Assembly: GCA_016212295.1 (NCBI GenBank)
Contig: JACRGO010000181.1
Span: 232-64,231 of the forward strand
Direction: 5' to 3'
Origin: Nitrospinota bacterium
Lineage (GTDB): Bacteria > Nitrospinota > Nitrospinia > JACRGO01
Length of the DNA: 64,000 nucleotides
The notes beneath the pieces were generated by a model. It had not been told where the DNA came from. It saw only the letters and a program-made list of their open reading frames with translations, and searched no databases. Position numbers and translations under genes: made by a program. Of this stretch, positions 45,591 to 54,995 are shown piece after piece; the stretch's first letter is position 1, and each line of letters begins with the position of its first letter.

Positions 45591-47396
45591 CTATTCCCGC
45601 TTCATCGCGTCCTTGGGGGTCAGACTGACGATGGTCCATCCGGGGCCGCAGTTTATCTTTTCCCCGGACACGAACACGCTGAGTTTTCCCTTGGGGTCCA
45701 ATGCGAACAATGGAATGGCCTTGCTATCGTATTGCCGCGAATAGTCCTCCATTGAAAAATTGTCCGTGAGGGAGGAGCCGCGCACTTTTCCGCCGTGATA
45801 AATGATTTCCGCCAAGGCGGCATAAGTGGCGTCCTCGCCAAAAAGTGCTCCTTCCTTTAGGGTGGGCATTTTTTTTCCGCTCACGCTTTTTCTTTCCTGC
45901 TCCGCTTGCAGGGCGAAGACCCTTGTCCTTCCAAACGCCTTGCGGAAATACAGGCTCGCCAGGACGTTCAGGTGGCCGTTGGGCGACACTGCGAGCATCC
46001 CTCCAAGGCCCACCAAGTCCAGATGCAGGTTGGCGTGTTCAGACAGTGGATTGCCGTAAAAGGTGGGAAGCCCCTCCATGCGAGCCTTTTTAATATTTTC
46101 CCAATTCGTGTCCGCAAGAAGGACCCCATGTTTTATTTCCTGAAGGGCCTTGGCAATGGCCCTGCCCACGGCATTGGCCCCTATAATAAGGAAGCCGTTT
46201 GGTTCCGGCTCCGCGACGCCAAGCCATTTCGCAAGAGTGCGGGACGTAGCGCCTTGCAGTATCACGGTCCCCATTATGACCAGGAAAGTCATGGGAACGA
46301 GCAGGTTCGCGTTTTCAAACCCTCGTCGCTCCAACCGCAGGGCGAACAGGGCCGCGATGGAGGCGGCCACGATCCCACGAGGAGCGATCCAGCAGAGAAG
46401 GGCGCGTTCACGCCATGAAAGGGACGACCCAGCCGTGGAAATCGCGGCATTGACTGGACGGCTGATAAACTGCATGGCAAGAAAAACCCAAAGACCCGGC
46501 CACCATAGCTCAACGAACTGGGAAAACTCAATGCGGGCCGCGAGAATTATAAACAGAACGGAAACCAGCAGGATGCTCAGGCTTTCCTTGAAGTTCACTA
46601 TCTCATCAATATGCACGTCCTTCATGTTGGCCAGGCAAAATCCCATGGCCGTCACCGCTAGGAGGCCGGATTCCGGATGGACTGCGTTAGACCCGGCGAA
46701 GAGGCCGAAGACCGCGGCCAAAGCGGCGAGGTTGTGCAGGAATTCAGGGACCACGTAATTGCGCAAGGCCAGGCCGAAAATATATCCAGCGGCCCCGCCG
46801 GACAACAGGCCAGCGGCCGCCATTTTCCCAAAGTCCAGGACCATGGGCGCGACTGTGAAATCAACGGGTTCGGATATAATAAATTCAAAAACAAGGACCG
46901 AAAACACCGCGCCTAGGGGATCGATCATGATTCCCTCCCACCGGAGTATGTTCGCTATGGACGCCTTGGGCTGGACCGCGCGCAACAGGGGGACAATGAC
47001 AGTTGGGCCAGTGACCACAGTGATGGCGCCAAAGAGGGCCGAAAGTTCCCAGGACCATTTCAAGGCGAGCCTCGCCGCGCAGGCGGTGATCATGAAGGTC
47101 ACGAGAATCCCCAGGGTCAGAAGGTTCCTCACAACGCGCTCCAGCCCCTTTATTTCCCGCAGCTTCAGGGTGAGGCTTCCCTCAAAGAGAATCACCGCGA
47201 CGGATAGGGAGATCATGGGAAAAAGAAAATTTCCGAACAGGGCGTCGGGCCGCAGCAAACCGGTGGCGGGCCCGGCCAGAATCCCGGCCATAAGCAGGAA
47301 AAGAATGGATGGGAGCTTTGCCCGCCACGCGAACCATTGGCATGCGATGGAGGCCAGGACAATCCCGGCTATACTGAAAATTATGCGTTCATTCAT
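45591..47396 (-). CDS. nhaP: CPA1-family Na+/H+ antiporter (NhaP-type) with C-terminal cytoplasmic regulatory domain
   Basis: About 12 transmembrane segments with NhaP/CPA1 blocks (GEGLLNDPLGAVF-like IMIDPLGAVFSVLVFE). ATG at 47396 (MNERIIF). The track N-terminal 147 aa are rejected because they overlap the treZ remnant on the other strand. Confidence 0.8.
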   Translation of the reverse strand: MNERIIFSIAGIVLASIACQWFAWRAKLPSILFLLMAGILAGPATGLLRPDALFGNFLFPMISLSVAVILFEGSLTLKLREIKGLERVVRNLLTLGILVTFMITACAARLALKWSWELSALFGAITVVTGPTVIVPLLRAVQPKASIANILRWEGIMIDPLGAVFSVLVFEFIISEPVDFTVAPMVLDFGKMAAAGLLSGGAAGYIFGLALRNYVVPEFLHNLAALAAVFGLFAGSNAVHPESGLLAVTAMGFCLANMKDVHIDEIVNFKESLSILLVSVLFIILAARIEFSQFVELWWPGLWVFLAMQFISRPVNAAISTAGSSLSWRERALLCWIAPRGIVAASIAALFALRLERRGFENANLLVPMTFLVIMGTVILQGATSRTLAKWLGVAEPEPNGFLIIGANAVGRAIAKALQEIKHGVLLADTNWENIKKARMEGLPTFYGNPLSEHANLHLDLVGLGGMLAVSPNGHLNVLASLYFRKAFGRTRVFALQAEQERKSVSGKKMPTLKEGALFGEDATYAALAEIIYHGGKVRGSSLTDNFSMEDYSRQYDSKAIPLFALDPKGKLSVFVSGEKINCGPGWTIVSLTPKDAMKRE

Positions 47397-47399
47397 GGG

Positions 47400-48182
47400 G
47401 AGAAGGCGATAAGCCAAGGCTATGTCTATTCGGGACAGTATTCCAGGCACAGGAAAAGAAGGCATGGAAATATGGCGATGGAAAGGCCGCCATCGCAATT
47501 CATCGTCTTCTCCCAAAACCACGACCAGATAGGGAACAGGGCCGCTGGGGACAGGCTGAGCCGCACCCTTTCGCTTGAAAAGCTGAAACTTGCCGCCGGC
47601 ATGGTGGTCCTTTCTCCTTATATTCCCCTCCTGTTCATGGGCGAAGAGTATGGGGAAACCGTTCCTTTTCAGTATTTCGTGAGCCACTCGGACGAGGCCC
47701 TTATCGCTTCCGTGCGCGAGGGAAGGAGGAAGGAATTCGAGTCCTTCCTTTGGCATGGGGAAGTCCCGGACCCCCAGGACGCGGAGACCTTTCGCAGGTC
47801 CAAACTGGACTGGAAAAAAAAAGAGACCGGCGACCACCGGGTCCTGTTGGATTTTTACAAACGAATCATAAGGTTAAGAAAGGAGACGCCAGCCCTTTCC
47901 CGTCCCGATAGAAAAAACATCCGTGCGCAAGGTTTTGAAAGTGAAATGGTTTTGTTAATGACAAGATGGAACGAACGCAGCCGCCTTTTCTGCGCCTTTA
48001 ACTTTAATGAGGCTGATATAAAAGTCACAACCTCTCCATCGGAGGGGACATGGAGGAAGATACTGGATTCCTCGAGCGGGACATGGAACGGCCCAGGACC
48101 GCTTTCTCCCGATGCAATAAAGAAAGGCGGCGTTTTGTCCATAAGGGGAAGCAGTTTTGTTGTCTATGAAAAGGAGGAATAA
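47400..48182 (+). pseudogene. treZ: 5'-truncated malto-oligosyltrehalose trehalohydrolase (TreZ, GH13) remnant, C-terminal roughly 260 aa only
   Basis: GYVYSGQYSRHRKRRHGN and FIVFSQNHDQIGNRAAGDRLS match the conserved C-terminal TreZ blocks. The catalytic N-terminal roughly 350 aa are absent; that space is occupied by nhaP on the opposite strand. The stop abuts the treY start at 48182/48183. Confidence 0.7.
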
Positions 48183-51152
48183 GTGAAAAAAGAGGCTTTG
48201 GGGGCGAGGATACCCCTCTCCACATACAGGCTTCAGTTCAACCGGCTCTTCGGATTCTCCGACGCAAGAAAGAGAATCTCCTACCTCCATGACCTCGGCA
48301 TCAGCGACATTTACTCGTCCCCCTGCCAGAAGGCCAGGGAGGGAAGCCTCCACTGCTACGATATCGTCGACCACAACGCCCTGAACCCCGACATGGGCAG
48401 TGAAAAAGACTACCACGGCATGGTCGGGGAACTGCGGAGGCGCGGGATGGGGCAAATCCTCGATATTGTCCCCAACCATATGTGCATCGCGAGCAGGGAG
48501 AATGCGTGGTGGATGGACGTCCTGGAAAACGGCCCAAGCTCCGTGTATTCAGGCCTCTTTGACATAAACTGGAACCCTGTCAAGGAGGAATTGAAAAATA
48601 AGGTGCTCCTCCCCATCCTGGGCGACCAGTATGGAAAGGTTCTGGAAAACCAGGAACTGCGACTAAGTTTCGAGGAAGGCTCCTTCTTCCTCCACTATTT
48701 TGAACACAAGCTGCCCATAAGGCCCCAGACATACAATTTCGTCCTTGAGTATGCGTTCGACGGGATCAAAGGGCTTCTCCCGGAGGGTGACGCGCGGATG
48801 GAAGAGCTTTTGAGCATCATGACCGCCATAAACCACCTGCCTCCCTACACTGAAACCGTCCCTGAAAATGTCAAGGAGAGGCGCCGTGAAAAAGAGATCA
48901 TAAAAAGGCGCCTGGGGGAAGTCTACATGAAATACTCCGAGGTCAAGGAATTCATCGACGGGAATGTCCTGGCCTTCAACGGAGTGAAGGGAGAGCCCAG
49001 AAGCTTTGACCTCCTGGACAGGCTGATAAGGGAGCAGGTCTACAGGCCTTCCTTCTGGAGGGTCGCCACGGATGAGATAAACTACCGGAGGTTCTTTGAC
49101 ATAAGCGAGCTTGCAGCCATCAGGATGGAAGACCCGCCCGTCTTCCGGGAGACCCATAGGCTGATCCTCAGGCTCATAAGGGAGGGAGCGGTCACCGGCC
49201 TCAGGGTCGACCACCCCGACGGTCTTTACAATCCAGGGGAGTATATGCTGGCCCTCCTGAAGGCATGCTGCCTGCAAGCAAGGCTGGCCGAAGCCGGGGG
49301 AGAAGATGAAGAAGGCGCCATGAGGGAATGCGACCGGCTTTTTTCTTCCGATCCCCGGGCAAAGCCCTTCTATATCATGGGAGAAAAAATACTCGTCAAG
49401 GGGGAAAAAGTACCTGAAGACTGGCCTATCTTCAGCACGACGGGATACGCCTTCTTGAATTCCCTGAACGGAGTATTCATTGATGCGTCCAATGCAAGGG
49501 CATTTGAAGGCATTTACTCCAGGTTTACCGGCATCAAGAGGGATTTCGCGGACATAGTATACGAAAAAAAGAGGCTTGTCATGAAGGTCGCCATGTCCAG
49601 TGAGATCAATGCCCTTGCCCACATCCTCAACAGGATATCGGAAGACGACCGGCACACGCGGGATTTCACGCTGAACAGCCTGAGGGCCGCGATCATGGAG
49701 GTCATTGCCTTCTTTCCCGTGTATAGAACATACATAACCGCGAATGGGATCAACGACAGGGACAAGAGATATATTGATGCGGCGGTATCAAGGGCCAAGC
49801 GGAGGAACCCGGCCATCAGCGAATCCACATTCAACTTCCTGAAGGACGTCCTTGAGCTCAATTATCCGGCCTATATCGAAGAGGACAAGCGAGGCGGCTG
49901 GCTCGATTTTACCATGAGGTTCCAACAGATCACAGGTCCGGTAATGGCAAAAGGGGTGGAAGACACCGCTTTTTACGTGTACAACCGTTTCGTCTCGCTG
50001 AATGAGGTGGGCGGGAGCCCCGAAAGATTCGGGACTTCCCTTGACGCCTTTCACGGACAGAACATAGAGAGAAACAAGCTTTGGCCCCATGCCCTCGTGG
50101 CCACTTCCACCCACGACACCAAAAGGAGCGAGGATGTGAGGGCCAGGCTGAACGTCCTTTCCGAGATGCCCCGCGAGTGGCGGTTACACGTCGTTTACTG
50201 GGGGAGGATAAATAAAAAGAACAAGGCCGCCGTTGACGGCGGCCTGGCCGCGCCGGACCGGAACGAGGAATATCTTTTTTATCAAACCCTTGTTGGAGCG
50301 TGGCCGCTTGGCGCAATGGATGCCGCATCGCGTAAGGAGTTCACAAGGAGGATCAGGGAATATATGCTGAAGGCCATCCGTGAGGCGAAGGTAAACTCCA
50401 GTTGGATAAATCCGAACACGGCTTACGAAGACGCAGTAACCGCCTTCATTGAGAAAACCTTGACGCCTTCGAGGGAGAACCGTTTCCTCATGGACATGGA
50501 GGCGTTTCAAAATAATATATCATGGTACGGAAAATTCAATTCATTGTCCCAGACCCTCCTCAAAATACTCTCTCCCGGGGTCCCGGACTTTTATCAGGGG
50601 AACGAGTTGTTCGACTTCAGCTTGGTGGACCCGGACAACAGGAGGCTGGTGGACTATGGCCTGAGAATCAGTATGCTGGAGGAATTAAAAAAAAGGGAAA
50701 AGGAAATACTGGCGGGTGAGCTGATGTCCGGCATGGGCGGCGATCCCGGCAGGATAAAACTTTATCTCACCTGGAAGGCGCTGAACTGGCGCAAGGAAAA
50801 CCGGGAACTTTTCGAAAACGGGGAATACATCCCCCTCGACGCGGACGGGGAAAGGAAAGACCATATCTGCGCCTTTTCAAGAAGACTGGAGGGGAGAGAG
50901 GCGATTGTCGCGGTCCCGAGGTTCCTCGCCAGGCTCGCCCCTCCAGGCAGGCCGCCGCTCGGAGAAGAGGCGTGGGGCGACTCTTTCGTTATCGTCGAGG
51001 CCGGAAGTTACAGGAACATATTCACAGGCGAGGTGGTCGAGGCCGTGGAACGGGAAGAACGCCCGGCGCTTCCTGCTTCCGCATTATTCAAGGACCTGCC
51101 GTTCGCCATGATGGAAAAAATCGCCGCGAAAGCAGGAATCCAGCGGTTTTAA
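48183..51152 (+). CDS. treY: malto-oligosyltrehalose synthase TreY
   Basis: N-terminus PLSTYRLQFN...DLGISDIYSSP...DIVPNHM (GH13-like TreY blocks). About 989 aa. GTG start. Confidence 0.88.
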   Translation: MKKEALGARIPLSTYRLQFNRLFGFSDARKRISYLHDLGISDIYSSPCQKAREGSLHCYDIVDHNALNPDMGSEKDYHGMVGELRRRGMGQILDIVPNHMCIASRENAWWMDVLENGPSSVYSGLFDINWNPVKEELKNKVLLPILGDQYGKVLENQELRLSFEEGSFFLHYFEHKLPIRPQTYNFVLEYAFDGIKGLLPEGDARMEELLSIMTAINHLPPYTETVPENVKERRREKEIIKRRLGEVYMKYSEVKEFIDGNVLAFNGVKGEPRSFDLLDRLIREQVYRPSFWRVATDEINYRRFFDISELAAIRMEDPPVFRETHRLILRLIREGAVTGLRVDHPDGLYNPGEYMLALLKACCLQARLAEAGGEDEEGAMRECDRLFSSDPRAKPFYIMGEKILVKGEKVPEDWPIFSTTGYAFLNSLNGVFIDASNARAFEGIYSRFTGIKRDFADIVYEKKRLVMKVAMSSEINALAHILNRISEDDRHTRDFTLNSLRAAIMEVIAFFPVYRTYITANGINDRDKRYIDAAVSRAKRRNPAISESTFNFLKDVLELNYPAYIEEDKRGGWLDFTMRFQQITGPVMAKGVEDTAFYVYNRFVSLNEVGGSPERFGTSLDAFHGQNIERNKLWPHALVATSTHDTKRSEDVRARLNVLSEMPREWRLHVVYWGRINKKNKAAVDGGLAAPDRNEEYLFYQTLVGAWPLGAMDAASRKEFTRRIREYMLKAIREAKVNSSWINPNTAYEDAVTAFIEKTLTPSRENRFLMDMEAFQNNISWYGKFNSLSQTLLKILSPGVPDFYQGNELFDFSLVDPDNRRLVDYGLRISMLEELKKREKEILAGELMSGMGGDPGRIKLYLTWKALNWRKENRELFENGEYIPLDADGERKDHICAFSRRLEGREAIVAVPRFLARLAPPGRPPLGEEAWGDSFVIVEAGSYRNIFTGEVVEAVEREERPALPASALFKDLPFAMMEKIAAKAGIQRF

Positions 51153-51205
51153 TTCTTCTTTCAGAAAAACAATATGAACCACGAATAAATCACCGCCATA
51201 CCGCC

Positions 51206-52684
51206 ATGAATAAAAATTCCAAAAAACTAATCACCGCCGATGATCCAGGCTGGTATAAGGATGCCGTTATTTACCAGCTTCATATCAGGTCCTTTTTTGA
51301 CAGCAACAATAACGGCATCGGAGATATCAACGGAGTCACCGCCAAGCTTGGTTATCTGGAGAGCCTGGGCGTCACCGCCGTCTGGCTCCTTCCCTTTTAT
51401 CCGTCGCCGCTTAAGGATGACGGGTATGATATCGCCGATTATTACGGAATCCACCCGGATTACGGGACCTTGAATGATTTCAAGAGATTTTTGCGGGAGG
51501 CCCATCTGCGGGGGATGAAGGTCATCACCGAGCTTGTCCTGAACCACACCTCGGACCGGCATGAATGGTTTCAAAAATCGCGCAACGCCCCCAAGGGAAG
51601 CCCCTGGCGAGACTATTATGTCTGGAGCGACACGCCGGACAAGTATAATGGCGTGCGCATCATCTTCCAGGATTTCGAGACCTCCAACTGGAGCTGGGAC
51701 CCGGTTGCGAAGGCATATTTCTGGCACAGGTTTTATTCGCATCAACCGGACCTGAATTTTGATAATCCGCAAGTGCGCAAGGAAATGTTCAAGGTCATTG
51801 ATTACTGGATGGAGATGGGGGTGGACGGCATGAGGCTTGACGCCGTGCCGTATCTCTTGGAGCGTGACGGCACCAATTGCGAGAACCTGCCCGAGACCTA
51901 TGATTTTCTCCGGCAGCTCAGGTCGCATCTCGACAAAAAATTCAAGAACCGCATGCTCCTGGCCGAGGCGAACCAGTGGCCCGAGGACGCAGTTGCCTAT
52001 TTCGGGAAGGGGGACATCTGCCACATGGCCTTCAATTTCCCGCTCATGCCCCGCATGTTCATGGCCCTGCAGATGGAGGACTGGTTTCCCATCGTTGACA
52101 TTTATGAGCAGATCCCGCCCATACCGGAGGAGTGCCAATGGGCTATCTTTCTGCGGAACCATGATGAGTTGACGCTTGAGATGGTCACCGACGAGGAGCG
52201 CGACTACATGTACAAGGTCTATGCCCACGACCATACGGCCAGAATCAATTTAGGAATACGCCGGAGGCTTGCGCCTCTTTTGAACAACAGCCGGCGGAGG
52301 ATCGAGATACTTAGCCTGCTTCTCTTTTCCCTGCCCGGCACTCCCGTGATTTATTATGGAGATGAAATCGGCATGGGGGACAATTACTACCTGGGGGACC
52401 GCAACGGGGTAAGGACGCCAATGCAGTGGACCGGCGACCGGAACGCCGGGTTCTCCACCGCGAACCCCCAGAAAATTTTCCTGCCGGTCATAATAGACCC
52501 GGATTATCATTATCACTCCATAAACACGGAAAACCAGGAAAAAAGCCTCTCGTCATTGCTATGGTGGATCAGGCGCATCATCGCCATGCGCAAACAACAC
52601 AAGGCGTTCAGCCGCGGCGGCATCAAATTCCTGCATTGCGAAAACCAGGCCGTTTTGGCCTTTGTCCGCCGCTTTCGAGGATGA
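51206..52684 (+). CDS. treS: trehalose synthase (maltose alpha-D-glucosyltransferase) TreS, N-terminal frame of a frameshifted treS-mak fusion
   Basis: WYKDAVIYQLHIRSFFDSNNNGIGD, GVTAVWLLPFYPSP, LVLNHTSDRHEWF, GMRLDAVPYL are GH13 TreS blocks. The frame ends prematurely at FVRRFRG* and the next frame continues EDEHILVIVNLS. Confidence 0.85.
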   Translation: MNKNSKKLITADDPGWYKDAVIYQLHIRSFFDSNNNGIGDINGVTAKLGYLESLGVTAVWLLPFYPSPLKDDGYDIADYYGIHPDYGTLNDFKRFLREAHLRGMKVITELVLNHTSDRHEWFQKSRNAPKGSPWRDYYVWSDTPDKYNGVRIIFQDFETSNWSWDPVAKAYFWHRFYSHQPDLNFDNPQVRKEMFKVIDYWMEMGVDGMRLDAVPYLLERDGTNCENLPETYDFLRQLRSHLDKKFKNRMLLAEANQWPEDAVAYFGKGDICHMAFNFPLMPRMFMALQMEDWFPIVDIYEQIPPIPEECQWAIFLRNHDELTLEMVTDEERDYMYKVYAHDHTARINLGIRRRLAPLLNNSRRRIEILSLLLFSLPGTPVIYYGDEIGMGDNYYLGDRNGVRTPMQWTGDRNAGFSTANPQKIFLPVIIDPDYHYHSINTENQEKSLSSLLWWIRRIIAMRKQHKAFSRGGIKFLHCENQAVLAFVRRFRG

Positions 52685-54542
52685 GCATATTCTCGTAATA
52701 GTCAATCTGTCACGCTTTCCGCAGGCCGTGGAGCTGGACCTGGCCGAGTACGCCGGCTGGTATCCAGAGGAAATGTTCGGCAAAAACCGTTTCCCGGCGA
52801 TAAAGGCACAGCCCTATGTCTTTACCGCCGGGTCACACTCCTACTTCTGGTTTTTACTGCACCAGGAAGAATCGCATTCAACCATGTCCGCTTCAAGCAA
52901 GACGCCTGAACTGGAGGTCCGGAACGGCTGGGGAGATATTTTAAAGGGCCGTTTGCTGGACAGGCTTGAAAAGGAAATTCTTCCATCCTACCTTGCCCGG
53001 CAACGATGGTTTGTGCCAAAGGGCAAAATTTCAGGCGTCACGGTTCTTGACGTACTGGACAAGGCAAAACGAAAACTGGATTTTCAATTTTTGCTGTTGG
53101 AGGTAAAGCATACATCCGGGCTGCAGGATATTTATTTCCTGCCCGTGGCCCTTTACTCCATTGAGCGCCTTGATGCCATGATGAAGGAATGCCCTGAAGC
53201 GGTCATCGCTGTCATACGCGGAAAGACGGCTGGAGTGCTGATGGATGGATGCCACGCGGAAGGCGTCCGGCGGGAATTATTTTCCTGCGTGCTGAATAAG
53301 CGGTCCCTTCGCGCCTTGAAGGGGACCTTCGAAGGCTCCCTCGCAGGAAAATATCTTTCGAGAAACAATAAAAATATGCTGGCCGGATCGAGGGCCACGC
53401 TTGTAAGGGTCAACCGGCACAACACCGCCCTTTCCCTGGACGACAAACATTATCTCACGCTTTTCCGCATGTGCGATTTCGGGACTAATCCAAACGCGGA
53501 AGTGGTTTCCTTTCTTTCCCGGAGGACGATGTTCAATAACTTCGCCCCGCTCGTCGGGTTGCTGGAATACCGGAGCAACGGGGAATCCATTATCCTGGGC
53601 ATGGCGCAGGAATTTGTCGCGTCCACCGGAAATGCCTGGACATATACCCTGGGCGCGCTGAAGGGATATTTTGAGATGGTCCTTCTGAAAAAAAACAAGC
53701 TCCAAGCGCATATCCGCGAAGTGCTGCCGTTTCCGTTGGAACGTAGGATAGGGGAGGTCCCGGATTGGTTCGCGAAGTTGATCGGCGGAGGTTTTCGCGG
53801 CGCGGTGGAAAGGATGGGGGTTTGCACCGCGAGAATGCATCGCGCCCTGGCGGAGGAAATTTCCGATCCCGCTTTCATGCCCGAACCGTTCACGCTCCTG
53901 TTCCAGCGGTCCATGCGCCAGTCTCTGCAAAACCGGGCGAAACGGGTTTTCATGGCCCTGAAGAGGAGGGTGAAGCATGTACCCCCGCCGGCGCGCGCCA
54001 GGCTTGAAGGGGTCATTAAGATGGAGAAGAGCGTCCTGGAGGCTTACAGCCAGGTGTCACGGGAAAAGTTGAACTTGTATAAGACGCGGATTCATGGCGA
54101 TTACAACCTCACTCAGCTTCTGTGCACCGGCCAGGACTTCACCGTGATCGGGTTCGGAGGAAGGCCGTCCAGGACCCAGAGCGAACGCCGTCTCAAGCAG
54201 TCGCCCATCCGTGACGTGGCCGGCCTTATCCGCTCCTTTCACTATGCGGCATACACGGCGCTGAGGAATTATGCCCATCTCTTTCCGCATGGGGCCGAAG
54301 AGGAAGGATTTTCTCCATGGGCGGACGTATGGTATAAACTCATCGTGGAAATTTTTCTTAAATCCTATCTCGACGAAGTGGAGAGCCGGCCGGTCCTTGC
54401 CCCGCGCCAGGAACTGAAACTAATGGCGAAGGTGATGATCCTGGATGAGGCGATGGGCGAGTTGGACAGGGAAACGGAGTTGAATTCCGATAATATCGCC
54501 ATACCCATTCTCGCCATTGAGCATGTTATCAATGGCGGATAG
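52662..54542 (+). CDS. TreS C-terminal domain fused to maltokinase (Mak/Pep2), continuation after a +1 frameshift
   Basis: EDEHILVIVNLSRFPQAVELDL...YVFTAGSHSYFWF is the TreS C-terminal beta-domain. LARQRWF..., RIHGDYNLTQLL and RDVAGLIRSFHYAAY are maltokinase motifs. Confidence 0.8.
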   Translation: MSAAFEDEHILVIVNLSRFPQAVELDLAEYAGWYPEEMFGKNRFPAIKAQPYVFTAGSHSYFWFLLHQEESHSTMSASSKTPELEVRNGWGDILKGRLLDRLEKEILPSYLARQRWFVPKGKISGVTVLDVLDKAKRKLDFQFLLLEVKHTSGLQDIYFLPVALYSIERLDAMMKECPEAVIAVIRGKTAGVLMDGCHAEGVRRELFSCVLNKRSLRALKGTFEGSLAGKYLSRNNKNMLAGSRATLVRVNRHNTALSLDDKHYLTLFRMCDFGTNPNAEVVSFLSRRTMFNNFAPLVGLLEYRSNGESIILGMAQEFVASTGNAWTYTLGALKGYFEMVLLKKNKLQAHIREVLPFPLERRIGEVPDWFAKLIGGGFRGAVERMGVCTARMHRALAEEISDPAFMPEPFTLLFQRSMRQSLQNRAKRVFMALKRRVKHVPPPARARLEGVIKMEKSVLEAYSQVSREKLNLYKTRIHGDYNLTQLLCTGQDFTVIGFGGRPSRTQSERRLKQSPIRDVAGLIRSFHYAAYTALRNYAHLFPHGAEEEGFSPWADVWYKLIVEIFLKSYLDEVESRPVLAPRQELKLMAKVMILDEAMGELDRETELNSDNIAIPILAIEHVINGG

Positions 54543-54594
54543 GGTTATTAAGGGTCGCATAGCGCGGCGTGGACGGGCGGAGATGCTTGCTTTC

Positions 54595-54995
54595 CTACGA
54601 GATGTATTTTTTCACCCTGGAAATCAGGTCCTCCAGCGTGACCGTTTTTCCCACGAAGTCATTGGCCCCAAGCCTGAACGCCCTTTCCCTGGTTTCCAGC
54701 AGGGCATCGGAGGTGATCACGATTATGGGGGTTGATTTCGTCCCGGGAAGGTCCCTCATTTGCTTTATGAATTCAAAGCCGTCCATGGCCGGCATCATGA
54801 GGTCCACTATAATCAAATGCGGGTCAAAGCCTTCAAGCGAGGCAAGGGCTTCCCGTCCGTCCGCAACCGCCATGATCTCAAGGCATATAGGAAGTCCCAA
54901 GCCCGTCCCCTTTTCCCCCGCGGTCCTCGACGACTTGATGTTTTTGTTCAGGTTGGGGACGAATTCATCCTGATAATATTTCCTGGCGTATTCCG
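54595..54995 (-). pseudogene. mosaic remnant of a duplicated copy of the hybrid histidine kinase gene (REC segment, HATPase fragment and N-terminal Cache fragment)
   Basis: 54595-54900 encodes ...PHLIIVDLMMPAMDGFEFIKQMRDLPGTKSTPIIVITSDALLETRERAFRLGANDFVGKTVTLEDLISRVKKYIS, about 80% identical to the last roughly 90 aa of the kinase at 41611. 54900-54940 matches the kinase region near 42060. 54940-54995 (ttgatgtttttgttcaggttggggacgaattcatcctgataatatttc) matches the kinase region near 44170-44230. Confidence 0.7.

Noticed and set aside
46150-47412. Plus-strand ORFs (202 and 217 aa) opposite nhaP, and the 147-aa N-terminal extension of the nhaP track ORF
   Set aside because: Antisense or extension. 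The extension overlaps the conserved treZ remnant on the other strand, and a canonical NhaP N-terminus starts at the internal ATG at 47396.
48663-49655. Minus-strand 330-aa ORF opposite treY
   Set aside because: Antisense shadow.
51227-52234. Minus-strand 335-aa ORF opposite treS
   Set aside because: Antisense shadow.
53277-54016. Minus-strand ORFs (233 and 188 aa) opposite the maltokinase domain
   Set aside because: Antisense shadows.
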